Origin: Amphiscolops sp. MND2022
Taxonomy: Eukaryota
Direction of reading: 5' to 3'
DNA length: 64,000 bases
NCBI GenBank assembly: GCA_964187785.1
Contig: OZ076409.1
Coordinates: 55,368,001-55,432,000 of the forward strand
The translations under genes and the position numbers were made by a program. The notes beneath the pieces were generated by a model. The model did no database searches. It had not been told where the DNA came from and saw nothing but the letters and a program-made list of their open reading frames with translations. Of the stretch, positions 12,501-27,500 are shown in pieces. How positions within the stretch are numbered: position 1 is the first letter of the stretch; every line of letters starts with the position of its first letter.

Positions 12501-15500
12501 TTGCGTCGTTTCCACACGTGTATTCCACAGTCTGGTTGATGAAAAAAAGGATTAAGAAACTTGGAAGCTCTACGCTAGTTGAACTGGCAGGGATTCCAAA
12601 CGAAAGATTCTGCCAGAACTTTACAAATCAGGTATTATCTATTAGTATCTGGCATGTTAGACAAAAATTTTGGAAGTTCATTTGAAATGTCGAAGTACTA
12701 ATATTCTTGAAAGAAAGCGTCTGATCACAAAATTTCATTACTTTGGCGTTCTATTAGATTTAGATTGAATAGGAAAAGTCAAAATGACAAAACTTGAATG
12801 AAGATCTCGAAATTCCAAATCCCATGGAGCTAGTGACCAACTTTTTACAGAGAATTTTCGAGGAACAATTTCGATTCTGTGGCCCAGAAATATCGAGAGC
12901 TGCGCTAACTCTATAATAAGTTCTTCTGCATAAAAAATTACAATTAGTGACAAAAACTTCAGTTTAAAACAATATATTGGACAAAAGCGGGGGGTGGATT
13001 TTCGAACAGGATGCTATTTGCAAAACACTGCAACAAATTGAAAAGTTCTTGACATTCTTATCGTTGTGTCTCGTTTATAAAACCTCTAAGAGTTCATTCT
13101 CAATCAGGTTACTAAGCTAATTAATTTGTCGACAAAGCCTTCAGAAACATAACTTATCTAATTGCCAAACTACAAAGTTCAATATAGCGAAATAACAAGA
13201 CGGGAACGTCCCAAGTCGGCGCCATATCTTAGGCTCAAAAATATTCAAGGAACAACTATTGTAAAAATTTGGAAAAAAAAATTTTTCAAAAAAATTATTT
13301 TTGAAATTTTTTTCGAAAAAAAAGTATTTTTTAAGTCGCAAAATGCCGAAAAACTCAAAAAAAGGCCATTCAGGCTCATTCAACGTTTTCTACAAACCGA
13401 AAATTTCAAAAAAATGCAAGGGGGTACCCTTTGATAAATTTCAAAAATTTTCGAAAAAAGTCGCATAGTGCCGAAAAAAACCCAAAGGGGGCCCTTTGGT
13501 CTCACCTGTACTTTTGGAAGCATTAAAAAATTTATGGTTTAGTGCGAGAATCGAACCCACGCACTCCGGCTGGGTCGAAGATGGAAGATGAACAAATATG
13601 AAAGATGAACAAATTGTAAGAAAAGTGGACCACTCAGAGTGAGATTGTCAACTGAAAAAAAAACTACTCACTGTAAGAGTCGGGCTTTTTTCCTTAAGGG
13701 AAAAGGCGCCGACTAAAAATACCTCATTCAATAGCTAAATAAAAAGTTGCATAGCTAAACTGTCAGTCAGATTTTTCAAAAACTAACCATTTTTTGGCTC
13801 TTTTCAATTAAAATGTTTTATTCATCTGTGCTTGTTGGCACTGTGCGCTATAAGGAAACGGCATTCATTGTATATTGCTAACTAAACCCTGCAAAAAATA
13901 GTTGCAAAAATAAAACTATCATAACGTTTTGAGTTTTTATAAGAATATAGCAATAGCTATATGTAAGATTTTTAGTTATTCCAGTAGTTTTAACTATTTG
14001 TGAGAAAAGCTCCACTACAACTCAATTAACCCGTAGGTACCATGCACGAGACAAGGACTGGCTGAGTATCTACATAATTTTTTTTTAACTCCGAAGATAA
14101 GACGAATCAACTCAATCGAAGGCGGTGGGGGTAAGTGTGACAAGGAAATCACGATCTTTACAACTTTGCTATTTTACTGTCTTTCAGGGGTTTGTCTCGC
14201 TACTCTTGAACGAGCTCTTTTAGGGTGTCTTTTCGCTGATGAAAAGAAGCAGGTTGAACTTTGATTATTACGCAACAAATAAATAAGTCGAATAATAGAC
14301 ACAAATACAATTTCACAACCACGAATAATATAGTGAATAATTTGGTAACATCGATAATAGCGGAGAAAATTACGTAGTATACTAGGAGGCATATAACACA
14401 AGAAAACAATAAACAAGGGTTTCAGCAGGGTTTAATTGTGTATCCGTGAGGATGGATTAGATATCGAAGATAACGAAAGAATCAACTCGCCGCAAAATCT
14501 CTTTCGATCTTGGAGTGACATTAGAGTGCATAGGCAAGCTTAATTTGCTCAAAGCACAACACGGTGCTTTCAATACCTCGGATTCCACGACCTTACCTTT
14601 AACCGTGCAAAGTTGGCGAAATACGTCATATGTCCCGGATTCCACGGATTTCGTCGTGGATTCCAGTAACAAATGCTCAGCTGTGTGCACTGTCGGCATG
14701 CCGCTGTGTCCGGGTTTCCACAAAACGTAAGTTTTGCTAAATAAGCCAATCAGATTACAGAAATCATAAAGTTTCTGGATTCCACGACTTTGTGCTCGAC
14801 ACGATTCGCGGCATCTCTTCTTGAAATAAATTCAAGTGAATGACTGAACAAACATAATATTATGCACTACATTTCGTATATTAACTCAAATTGATTCAGA
14901 CAAACACACCAATATCACACAAATTTTCGTATTGTTCGAAGTTTAGTCCAGTCTTGAGCAAACTGCCAGATCATCACAATCTGCCGTTATTTGATGACAT
15001 GCTTCAATTTTGGTACCCGTCATGAGTATCTTTATTCGTACTTTGGGACTTTTCGTGTCAATCAAAACAATTTCCATCGATATAAAATTGATTTAATTTA
15101 AGCTCTTCTGCGTTTCCGATAGTGATCACTCAAAATAAGCGGACCAATCAGAGAGCAGCGGCAAAAGTGTCATTATAGCAGCAGTATTGGCGTGGAAACC
15201 AGGACAAGCAAGGTCGTGGAATCCAAGACATGCTTAACATCAAAGAGAAATTTTGTAATGGATTCTACGACTTTTCTCAATTTTCGTGTCCCGGATTCCA
15301 CGAAAACCAGCAAAATTGCTGGCCTGTGCACTGTAATGGAAAAGAAAATACGTGTTTTCTAAGCCCACTTAGGCAAATCCGATTATTCTAAGCCCTCTTA
15401 GGCAAATCCGTGTATTCTATGCCCACTTGAGCAAATCCGTGTATTCTAAGCCCACTTAGGCGAATCAGTGTATTCTAAACCCACTTAGGCAATTTTACAT

Positions 15501-18500
15501 GTAATACGATAGACCAGCTGTCCACACTACCCCCGGGTCGAAATCCGTACTAGGGAATGGCGGGGTAACAATATATCAGGCTGATTCAGGTTGCTAGGCT
15601 GACGGCACGTGCTAACCGGCCAAACGAAGTATATCTGCAATTTCGGTAGTCCGGTGTCTGAAGCGGGATGCTATCGGACTCAAAGCAGCAAACCGTTCTC
15701 TAGATTTCAACTCACTTTGTGTGTCGCTAAAATGGCGCACAATTTGACCAAAGTAACTTTTTCGGCGGTTTAGTCATATCAATATTCATTTTTCGTCTTC
15801 TTTCCTTTTTGGGGGCCTGACTAAGTGTCGAGCAATATAGTTTTTCCTTCTTCGGTACTAAAGGTACAACAGTAGTACTTTTGCTCAGCACGACTCGGTC
15901 CTGGTTCCACCTTCTTGTGAATCATGACTAGTGGTTTTACTTCGTTTTCAATTAAATTCAAGGGGAGGTATTACTGACTCAATTTTTCCCACTTTTGTAA
16001 GCTCGATTTGAACTTCGGCTTTCGGATTGAAATTTGCTCTTTTTGTCAGGTCTCTTTTTCACACGGCTCCTGACAACTCTCTTCAGCAAAATATAGCTGA
16101 AGGAAATAATTTCCAACACTTACAATGACCTAAAAGGCTATTTCAATTCATACTCTAAAAAGTTGATTTTCATGTTTCACCTTTGATCGAAAAAAAACTA
16201 GGTGTTCCGATCACGGGGGGTCAAAACCAAGTACATCATTTGAAAGTAAAATGAAAAACTACAAAAGCAAAAAAGCTAACACCATGGCTATTTTTTTTCG
16301 ACTTCTTCGTAGTGAAAAACGCCCTTAGAGTTGGGTAGTCGAAAATCACATATCAACTTTTGCACAAATCTCAACTTTGGAGGGCTCGTACTCTGTCAAT
16401 TTGAAAGATACAAGCTGGGGCCTATATACATTGGTAGCCCAAGTCTTTAGGAATATTTAGCACTTTAAATGAGGTCTCTAGCATGTTTCAACAAAATTTG
16501 GTGACCTGACCTCCAACTTTAGAGGTCAATATCTCAACACCAGGTCTTTTTTTGGAAAAAACACTCCTGATAAACGCTGTGCGCCAAATAAAGTGCGTCT
16601 ACCCTGAAAGTTTCAGCTCGATTTACTATTTATTTACTATTTTCCCTGTTAATTTTAATTCAATCTGTGGTGTGTAACTATTAAGATATGGTGTGATAAT
16701 TAAGATATGGTGTGCAACTACTACTAATAGTTGTCCCGCTTATTAGAACGTTGCTGTAATATTATTGTTTAATAGTTTTATTGATTTCTTTCAAAGGTGA
16801 CCACGTGAACAGGCGGTGAGTTATTTAAGATTTACCATTCAGCGGTCGGGGGATTTACTTTTTGTTCCTAGTTTGCGGCCTCATGCCGTCCTCACCCTAG
16901 ATACAGGTGAGCCAACTATTTTGTCGGGGTGGGACGCTTCTACCATCGCGGATTCAACTATCATTACGAGGACGTTGGACGAATACGATGTGAGAGTACG
17001 ACTTGGCACCTGGAGGAAAATTCTACGAACACCAAGCAGAAAGGCATTACGAAATTGGGTATTTGTTCCAGCGGTGGTCCCTCAAGCATCAAAAGAACAA
17101 CTGCGCAAACACTGGATTTATTGGGAGACTTATTGTCCTCATTTACTTAATATTTTTTCGATTTGACTCTTTCATGTAATTAGTGGATATCACCCCGGTT
17201 CGTTTTGATAAACCTTGCTGAGTATTAATTTAAATAAACATGTAGATGTAAAAATGGTCAAAAATCCTACACTATAGCTATATTCGTAGATATTTCAAAC
17301 GTCAACGGCAACATTGGCAAGGAGTTCAAGAAGAAAATTGTTGCAACAAATCGACCTTGAACTAGTTTTACAAACGTAAACTAGCTCTAGTTGAGAAAAA
17401 AAGCCCTGGAGTTTTGTCGGGTGAGTCATTTCTGTCATTTCTCATTGAAATAGCACTGTGTGAATGCAACTATATTATCGACCAAATCAAAGGAGCACGT
17501 TTCAGATATCAGCAATTTTCTTAGCAAGTAAAGAAAGTAACCAGTGTTGAAATTTTGCTTCGGAAATATCGACTTTTTTAACAGTAGGTTTATTTTGAAA
17601 TCTTTTACCTGTGTGCAGTATTCAGAAGCGTCAACAAGGGCGTTCATCTGTTCGGGGGTTACTCCGTCGGCATAGTCTGGATCTTCCATTGGGTTGCTTC
17701 CATTTGGGTCAGTGCCATCGCTGTTTATGACCTTGAAAACCAATGAATAGCAGATGAGCAAAAAGATGAACGTTTTAAGTTGGTGCGCCTCAATTGGTTA
17801 AGCCTCAAAAAGCCCAAAGTACACTCAAATTGGCTTAACTTTTGGTTTTAGGACAATTTAGAAAAGTTTGACAGTGTTGCCGAAAACATTCAAAATAAAA
17901 CATTTGAACTCAAAATCTTTTTAACGTGAAACAATGAAAAAGCCCTTGGGGGTATTTTATTACAATGAAGTTTTTCTAAAAGGAACCGGTTGCTTTTTAA
18001 ACACCGGAAATTCATTTATTCCTGGTTTCACTGATTGCTTAGTCATTCCAATTGAAAATGAGCTGTAAATAAGGTTTTTAACGTGTTTCCTAAAAGACGC
18101 CTGTTAATCAGCGAGTTTTTTCCGGCCCAAACTGTTCTAGGTTCTAGTAAAGACATAATGTTGAGGCTCAATAGTAACCAATGCACTAGGAAAACAGCGA
18201 AGTTTGAAAGAAGGAAAGTTTTGACACTTTTGATTCACCTCATCTATTTTGAAAGGAAGCAAATAACTTAAGAACACGTTAAGTACCTAATTGTTTTGTT
18301 GGTGGTTTTGTGGATACCAGTACCTACGTAACTTTCCAAGAAACATGCCATCCAAATGCCATGCATAGTCTAACGTTGAAAACAAAGAAGAAAATAGTTT
18401 AATTGCCGAAATACGCGGGATCCTGGAACTACCCATTTTTGACTGAAAGATGTATCTTGCTGGATACCATCTTAAGCAAGCTACTGTATCATAGTTGCAG

Positions 18501-21500
18501 CCACGTTGTCAACCGATTGCGGACTTGAAGCTGTGAATTTCGCTCTATGTCACAAGAGTTTACTGTTCGTTCTTGTCTTTTGACTTTTGTTTTCTCCGCC
18601 AATTGCTCTTTTTAATAAGACCAGACTCTTAATCTAGGGGGTTAGGAGCTTGCTTGAAATCCAACTTTGCTAAGATCAGAGGTTTTCGAACCGGAATGCG
18701 CGCACCGGAACATCTGTGAACTTTAAACGATGGTTTGCAAAAACAGGAAATTTTGAGTTGTGCTGCATTACCACATTGTCAAATGAAATGAAGAAGTAGA
18801 ATAAAAAGCTAGAAAAAAATTAAAATTTTTTTGAATCATCATACATCTGAAACGTCCCCAAAATTGTTGAAAAAGTGAAAAATTGTTCAAAATACGGAAT
18901 TTAGATTTTGGTTTATTCAAGTTTTTGGAACCAAAAATCAGGTTTCTCATAAACAATGAACATAGTGATTTTATTGGCCAAAATTTAAACGCTGTAGAAA
19001 AAAAATATGAAAAGATTTTTAAACGTTTCACAAAACGCACAAAACGCACAAAACGCTAACACAAATCACAAAATGCAACGTCTTCACTGTTTTGACTCTT
19101 AATAGGAATTTCATGGCATTAGAATTTTAAAAACTTTGGTATTGTTTTAAAAACCATGCTGAAAAGTTTATTGCTTCAACTCTTCACTGACACACTTCAT
19201 TGTTCGAATATTGAAATATGATTGGGAGAAAATGCCAAAAATTGAAATTTCATGTTTCCGAGAAAATTTCAGTATTTTTTGGAACAAATTTGTCCGACTT
19301 CGGTTTTGAAACACCGGCTCAAAGCTTGATATTTCAATGCTGAGTCTGCTGGATTTTCTAAATTGAAATAACAGTCTGTAATTTTCTGGGATTGGAAGTT
19401 TGTTGACAAAAATCCTGAAAACTCAATTTTTTGACACTTTTAAAAGCATATTCGTGAAATTTTTCGACGAACAAACCCCATTTTATCTTTTGTGTAGCGT
19501 ACTGAACAGCCTTTTGTTCCAACCTTCAGGTCAACGGAAGTTCTAAATTCAGTGACTAAATTCTCTAGATACAAAAAGTGTTTCGACTTTTTTCTTTTTC
19601 TAGTTTTGAAGCACTTTGCAAACAAGTAACTGTAGATATCTACTGCCTAATGGAGAATTTATTTTGAACGTTTCATACATTCTAATCCACCAGGGTGCAC
19701 CCCTTCAACTTGGTTAGGAATTTGGAACATGGCAATGTTTGGGAAATACGCGGATGTTAGTGTAAAAACTCGGAAAATAATAAATCGACTGTCACAGAGT
19801 TATTTTGTCACAGGTCATACAACGGTTTGGGTTCTTCTTCCCAACGTTCGTTAAACCAGCAGTTGGATGTTGAAGAAAAAGGGTAAATTAATCGCCGCAT
19901 ATGGTTCTGTCGTGAACTATCTTACAACATAATGTCGAAAATTGTTCGAAACCCGCACAGATAACTGATATAGTGTATAGAATATATGGTATATACCAAA
20001 TATATGATATACAAAACAGTTGAAACAGATCGTACTTCTGTGATATGTGGCTTGTCTTCTGGTTTGCTGGCAAAGTCACACCGCACCAAGAAGGGTTCAT
20101 TTACTCCGGGTCCATCTGGGTCAATTGCGTATTCACCGTCCTTGAGGGAAGTGAACTTATATTGCTTCTTGTACCTGTTCGCCACTAGGTCAGCGCAAGT
20201 AGGTTCCACAGCTGAAACATACAATGTCTTTCTTCCTTACCTTGCCCCAAATGTTAAAAAAATAGAAGATAGCTTCACAAAGTTACACAACAATGGTGAG
20301 TTGAATGCCGCCTCAATACAGACCTAATATTTTGAATTCTGCATCATGCGACTACTGTACAACAAATACTGTACAAGTAGTATTTGTAGTATCAGTTTCA
20401 ACCATTTCAGTCCACGTATTTCATTTAATCATTTATTTTACACTTGTGCTTATTATTTGAAAGAAATGCAATGGAGAGAGACACCAACATGAACAAACAA
20501 GATCGGATGTCTGGGTTGGTCCACCAACTACGCTAATCGCAGCTCCTGATGCCATCGCTTCCACGAAATTCAAGATGGGCAGTTGTTCCTTAGCAACTAC
20601 GCGGAAGTAGAAGCCGATTTGTTCCGCGCCACAACATCTGGCCCCAGGAGGGCACTCGTCCAAAAGCAACACGCCTTCATTTTGTGGACCTAAGAAAAAG
20701 ATGTCTCCATCCAAAATACAAGTCACTTTAATATAGGGGTTAGAATAATTATTTAAATTTGTGAGCGTTTGCTTAAAACTGGTGAGCATTTGGTTTCCAG
20801 AGGCTGCTAGTCATATTAGTCGTTATGAAAATCACGATCATGGTCAAATGCATATATGGAGTTTTTCAATGGAGTTGTAGATTTTAGCATTTTTTCAACC
20901 GATTGGTCTTTTATTAAAAAAAATGCGGGTATTTTACCTTCTTACCCGCGCGTATTTAAAAATAAGCGATTTTTGGAATTTACGCTCTGTCCAATCTTGT
21001 TTTTCATTGGTCGATCAAATCAATTGTATAGAAAATTCATCAGTCAAATGTATAAGATTATATGAAAGTTTTCTAAATGTAAAATGATTATTGAACAAGA
21101 TGGGGAACTCACCAGATCTGGACACATCAATGATGTCTCCTGATTTCATGTTGAGACTCACAGCCAAGACAGTGGGGTCACAAATTGCGACATCTTGGTA
21201 ACAGTAAGAGCTGTAATCTTTCAGTCCTTCTAGACAGCCATCAGTGAATTCGTTGTACTGGAGGCCATTGTCTACGTTGTTCGTTGTCACTGGTATAACC
21301 TAGTTCAAAATAATTGCGCAATGAATTAACACTTTCCCAGTTGAGATAAAATTGATGTACCATTGACATACTGCTACATTTGATAATTCCATGAACAATC
21401 GATTGAATGAGTAATCCTATTGGTTAGAGTTTCTCAAATTTTAAAGTTTTCTGGGTTTGCATTCAATGATTGATTTGTAAACAAGTATTCGAGAGTTCCG

Positions 21501-24500
21501 ATGAACTACATTAGACATTCAAGAATATGCTCCAACCATGCGCAATTTCAAGTGGGTGATTTCTTCGCTCAATTTAGAACACTCAAGAAACTTTTACAAT
21601 TTTTATTATTGATTCAGTGAACATTCTAAATTAGTTGTGCTCTATATGGAAAATTTTATCCCACATAAAAATGCGAATGAAGAGCAACAGCTAGGAAAAA
21701 ATTCGGCGGAAGTTTTGAGGATTTAAAGTTGAGTTCTCAACTACTTTGTTCTTTTTGTAATTTTTTCCTAGAAATTATCTTGCGGAATTTCTCGCAAGAT
21801 TAATACATTGTTGAAAGATTTTCTGCATAGTTGTTTGTATTTTTCCATGGTTTGTGTTTTTTTGTGATTTTTCAAGGACTGGCTTTCAAGATCAAGTCTG
21901 GTGGAACTTTTTGTAGCCAAAAAACCATCTTATTTCGTTTATTTGGACCAAAAGTTAATTTATTTACAGTTTGAGCATATCGGTTTCCTGTGTCTACGTC
22001 ACATTTAGCGACACAGGGGTCATTGTTGGAAGCACCCTCGGCTCTAACTCCGTCGGGGTCAATTATCTGCGAGCTGCTGAATGCATACTGATCCCATATT
22101 CTCATACTACGCCCAAGAAGTTTCGACAGCAACCCTTCATGACAGTCTTTAGGTGTGCCTACGAATAGAATTACAATGTTAAACGTCAACTTTAATTACC
22201 CTGAACAAACATGTCCCGGAAATGAAAAAAAGAAATTGTAACGTTTTCTATTGAAATCGAAAACAAGACGAGAACGTCTCAAGTCGGTACCCCGCTTAGG
22301 GCTCAAAAAAGCAGTCTCAAATATGCTCAAAGAGACTCTAAGAAACCAAAAACTTAAGGGGCACCCTATAGCCTCGAAAACACCCTCTAATTGAAATCAT
22401 CCAAAATTACCAATTTAGTCAAAAAACGTTTCGATCTTGTTTTGAAAAAAGCCCGACAGTACCAAAAATTTCAAAAGGGGGACCTTTAGTCTTTACGAAG
22501 TAGTCGTTACACTACTTTTCTGAAGTTAAAACCGAGGGGGGACCTTTAGTGAAATGAAAGTTTTTCAAAAAAAAGTCGCACAGTGCTGATAAACCTCAAT
22601 GGGGCACTTTCTAGCCTTGTTGATGTTTCTAGATAGTGGTACCAGATATGAAATGGTCCTACATTTTAAACAGTTTTCTCAATTTCCAGAAGTTGAACAA
22701 AATGTTGAACAAAAAAGTGGACCATTTGGTGGGACCACTGACAAAAAAAAGAAAAAACTTGCACCTCGAAGAGTCGGTCATTTTTTGTATTCCAAAAAGC
22801 GCCGACAAAAATATATCGATTGTGTTGATATTCGATGTGCCTGGATTTGTGAACAAAAGTAGGTGAACATCTTGGAACCGGACGCTGGCTTCAAGTCAAA
22901 TCAGATGACAACCCATCAAATCAAAAATGTCAACTCATATCAATTAAAACAAGAGACGCAGTGGTACAGCTTTCAAAATATATTCAAGACACGTTAAAGC
23001 ATTTTTAAAAATTTCATGGCAGATCACATTGATAAAATTTAAGCAACCACATAAATATTTATATATTTTTAAAAAAACAAGTAAACTGTTCTACTTTCGG
23101 AGCTTTACTTGGCTATAAAAATTTCAAAATTTCGTCAATAAAGATGAAAGTCTAAATTTTCAGTGCCGAAGCAACGATAAAACCAATATGGACAAAATCT
23201 GCGACATGAATGATGATGCCATATGTAGTATAGTTTATAGTATAGTTTATAGATAACAATCGTCTTCAAATATACTCACAGATTTGTGTTCGGGAGCATT
23301 CCAAATGGTTTTTCGTTTCTCTCCAGGTGCATTTCATGTTCGGCGCTGTTTTGTTTATGCAGATTTTGCTAAGAGGAACTTGCTCATCTAGAACCGCTAA
23401 ATCTGAATAAACAACAATTGCTTGCATTTTTAAATTCATCTCGTTGTATAAGAAGGTATATAAGAACCAGAGTGTGACTTACTTTTGAGATGGTATCTGT
23501 TGTCATTCACCGTGCATGCTTGGTCTTTGACGTCACAGAGTCCAGTTTCGTCACAAGCACAACCCTCTCCGTCCAGAGCTCCAGGGTAGCCCTGGATTGG
23601 GTTGCCATTCCGGTCGTAGGCGATGAAGTTGGGATTGGAATCACTGTCAAATAAGTCGCAACCACCCCAGTTACCAACAGACCAATCTTGACAGCACTCG
23701 CCAGACAGAGTTATCAGGGCCTGCAACATGCAAAACATGCAAGAAACATTCATACAGTACATCGAACTAAAATTCGGAACAGTCTAGTTGATAAACAGGA
23801 TACAATTCAGTTGATTATTTTGCAGCAAAAGTCGGCTTGATAATGATATTTAAAAAAACATTACTTCACAGGAAATTGATTCTAGCATTCAGTTCAAGGT
23901 GGAAAATTACTGTTTTTAGTCGGCGTTGTTTGGCAAAAAGTGACCGACTATTACAGTGGCTAGTTTTTAGTCGGCGCTCTTCTAGTGCAAAGAGCCCGAC
24001 TATTACAGTGGCTTGTTTTTTTTCTTTTTTTTTCGTCAGACCACAGACCTCATCGTGTATGTACCACTTTTTAGTACAGACTTTACTCGGTTTACGGTGA
24101 ACCCAGCGGTTTGAGTCCTAGCTTTAGCCAGAAACTTTTTCGAGCATTTGCGAAAGCGGATAAGACTGAAGGGTCCCCTCTCTCAATTTTTTTCGGCACT
24201 GTGCGACTGTTTTTTTCGAATTTTTTTTTGCCTTCAAAGGGTCCCACCTTCATTTTTTCTGATATTTTGGAACAAACTGGATTTTCAAAAAGCCCGAAGG
24301 GTCCCCTTTTACAGTTTTCAAACATTTGCGTTTTTGAGCCTTAGATATAGCGCCGACTTTAAACGTTCCCGTCTTGTTTTCCTTTTTTCTTCAGACAACA
24401 GAGCTCACCCTGTATGTACCACTTTTTGATACAGAGGCTATTCGGTTTAGGGGAAACCAAGCGGTTTTTCGTGCTTTTGCAAAACTGGACGAGACAACAT

Positions 24501-27500
24501 TAATTTTTTCGGCTTTGTGAGACTTTTTTGAAAATTTTTTATTGTCTCCAAAGGGATTATATCAATTTTTAGTCGGCGCTTTCTTGGAAAGAGCAAACTA
24601 TAGAAGTGGCTTTTTTAGGACCGACGACGTATGAATATACTTATTTGTTTCTCATATAACATCTAACACGTACATAAATTCGGATAAAACATTTTTAAAG
24701 TTCGGATGTAACGTTTTCAAAGCTATGCTAAAACGAATTCACTTCTCGTATAATGTTATCGATTTGTTCCCCAAAGTTTTGCGTCCAATGTGAAACTTTA
24801 CGGGTCAAGTTTCCAGTATTATAAGCCTTTTTGGAATATCGAAAAATCTTTATTCAACAAGTGATACCGAAACCACGTCTACCGGGTACACTGTTATGCC
24901 TTGAGCCGGCGCAGACTTGACCGTTCCCGGTTTCTTTAAAAAAATTTGCTGTCTCTAATTGATCAGTCTATTTTAATTGCAAAATTTAGCTGTCACACGG
25001 TGCTTCAGATAAACGTGACAGTGATTATTCGTTTCTAAGTTTCTGTGTTAAAGAGAATCCACCTTACTAAAAATTAAGCTCTGCAAAACGAACGAAAAAC
25101 TTAGATGAGAAATAATGATTTGAAAGAAGGTTAGCTAAAATGCTTTAACCTTGTCCAATTTTTAGTTGTCGCTTTTTTAGTCGGCGCCTTTTCCCTTAAG
25201 GAAAAAAGCCCGACTCTTACAGTGAGTAGTTTTTTTTTTGTTTTTTTTTCAGTTGACAATCTCACTCTGAGTGGTCCACTTTTCTTACAATTCTTACAAT
25301 TTTCAAAATCTTACAATTATTACTTAGCAAAATTAAAATACTGGCGCAAAAGTAGTTTTTATATCATCTAAGGGTCCCCAAAGGGTATTTTCGGCACTGT
25401 GCGACTTTTTTTCGAAAAAATTTTTATTGTTCCAAAAGGGTCCCCCCTTCGAGTTTTTTCATATTTTGCAACTGAATGTATGTTAATACATCACAAAGGG
25501 TCCCCCCTTTTACATTTTTCGGCACTATGCGACTTTTTTTGAAAGAAATTTTTTTTCAAAAATTCATGTTTTTTTCCAAAAAAATTTTTTTTGCGCTTTT
25601 TGAGCCTTAGATATGGCGCCGACTTTGGACGTTCTCGTCTTGTTGTAACAAAAAATAACCGAGTCTTACAGACCTCACGCTGAGTGGTCCACTTTTACAG
25701 GTCTTACGTCTAAGTTCTAATTTTTTTAAAAGAAAAACGCCTTCTTGAGCCCACTTGAGACGACTATTGTGAAGAGTATTCACCTTTCAATAAATCGAAA
25801 AGTAAATTGAATAAAAAGATTAGATGTGAACTATTGATTTAACCTCGTCAGCACACCGAGATATCGAAAAATTGACAAAAAATTGGTAACATTTTTTAAT
25901 GTTTAATTTCTCTTACGAATAATAACCACAGCTCAAATCAGTTTTCTGCTCCTTAAAGCCCTTGACCTAAGGTTTTAAATGCATACTAGTTAAGCTGGGA
26001 GTTGGCGCCACTTTTTGGACTGAGAACGCTGCCCCTTTCAAATGCCGGACGAGCTCTTAGCTGAAGCTTCATCGAAAAAACTTATACATGCGTTTTCATT
26101 GGTGGCAAACTGTGTTACTAGAGTCTGACAGCAACTTAACAAACAGTTGCTGTGTTATTGAGAAAAAGCTAATTTTCTGAAAAGTATTTTTGCAAATTTT
26201 CATTTTCCTCCAATTACTTTTTTGCCGGTGGTTCGAAAAAGAAACAATATTGACACAAATAACAACTCGCCTCAAATAGTCCAATTGATTGTTGATAAGA
26301 AAGATAAACTTTCGTTTTCTATATGCTTTTTGCGTCTCGTAATTTTTTTATTGATTGTGAAAAAAATCGCTGTCCTCATTTGAGGACGAAATTACTTACG
26401 AGGTTATACAGAAGTGATGAAAAACCTAGTAGGAACCGTCCAAACGTCCTAACGTGCCTGATTTTGGATGTAGATTTCATTTTCATGAAAAAAAAACGCG
26501 TATAATTTTTTCCGGTTCCGCAGTTTCAACGGAGGTTAGAATATGCGTTGTTTCGCTCCGCTCATTTTTTCTCTTTTTATTCCCAAGGTCATTATAAACT
26601 TGCTTTGAATCTAGTTCAAGAAAAAACAATCCATGATCACAACTTACTTCATATTGCTCGGGCGAAATTTCGTCATCACGGGATTGGAAATCACCGCACT
26701 CTTCAGTTCCCCTTTTATTGCCGACATGTTTCTGTCCATCAGGCCTGATTTGAGTGTTCTTGCCCGCACATCTGCAAAAATATTGGTTTTATGTTAATTA
26801 GGAATGGTAGCTAAAAAGACAAGCAAAGGTTAATAACTGCTTGCTGGAATCAAGTGTTGAACACATGATCTCTGGAAAACCCAAGCATCCCTGTAGCCTT
26901 CTTATCAGCAGAAAGTAGAGTAGTTTCAGTAGAGTTCTAATGAACTATGAGAGTGGAGCCATTTATTCAAAACTTGCGATAAAACGCATGTCTTTATCTA
27001 AATTACAGATGAATCTAACAGTTAATTAACCCAGCTGATTACTTAGTGACTGTACTTAGTGACTGTATGAGAATATTACTGTAACTCTGAGCCTTCTTTG
27101 AATTTGCTGGAAGAAACTGGGGCTACTTCAGCGTTTTATGCTTTTGCTACTGATACAATTTCTACTTCAGATATCTGAGGCAAATTTCCGAAATAGTGAT
27201 TGACCAAAACATTATCAGGCAAAATAATACCTGCTGTTTCAAGAGATTTTTTCAAATTTCTAGAGGTTTTGTATAGGTGAATTCGTGGCATTCAAATTTG
27301 TTTCATTTCAGAAATGCTGGTTTCCTGACCAAACTGATTATAGTCTGAGACATTTATCACCAATAAAATTATACACGTTTCCGTGTGTAATCTTTTTATG
27401 GCGAAGCCAGGGTCATATATGGCCCAGATTATGATCAGGCTGAAATTATAAACAGGTATGCCCATCCTATAATCATACTATGATTATTATAGCTCTGTCA

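Noticed and set aside
14575..15335. GGATTCCACGA motif clusters with TGTGCACTGT ends as a complete MITE
   Set aside because: Both end-like motifs face the same way and no matching left TIR or TSD was found; fragments only.
15346..15490. CRISPR-like 29-bp hairpin repeats
   Set aside because: Units are contiguous with no unique spacers, no cas genes are present, and the context is a eukaryotic intron.
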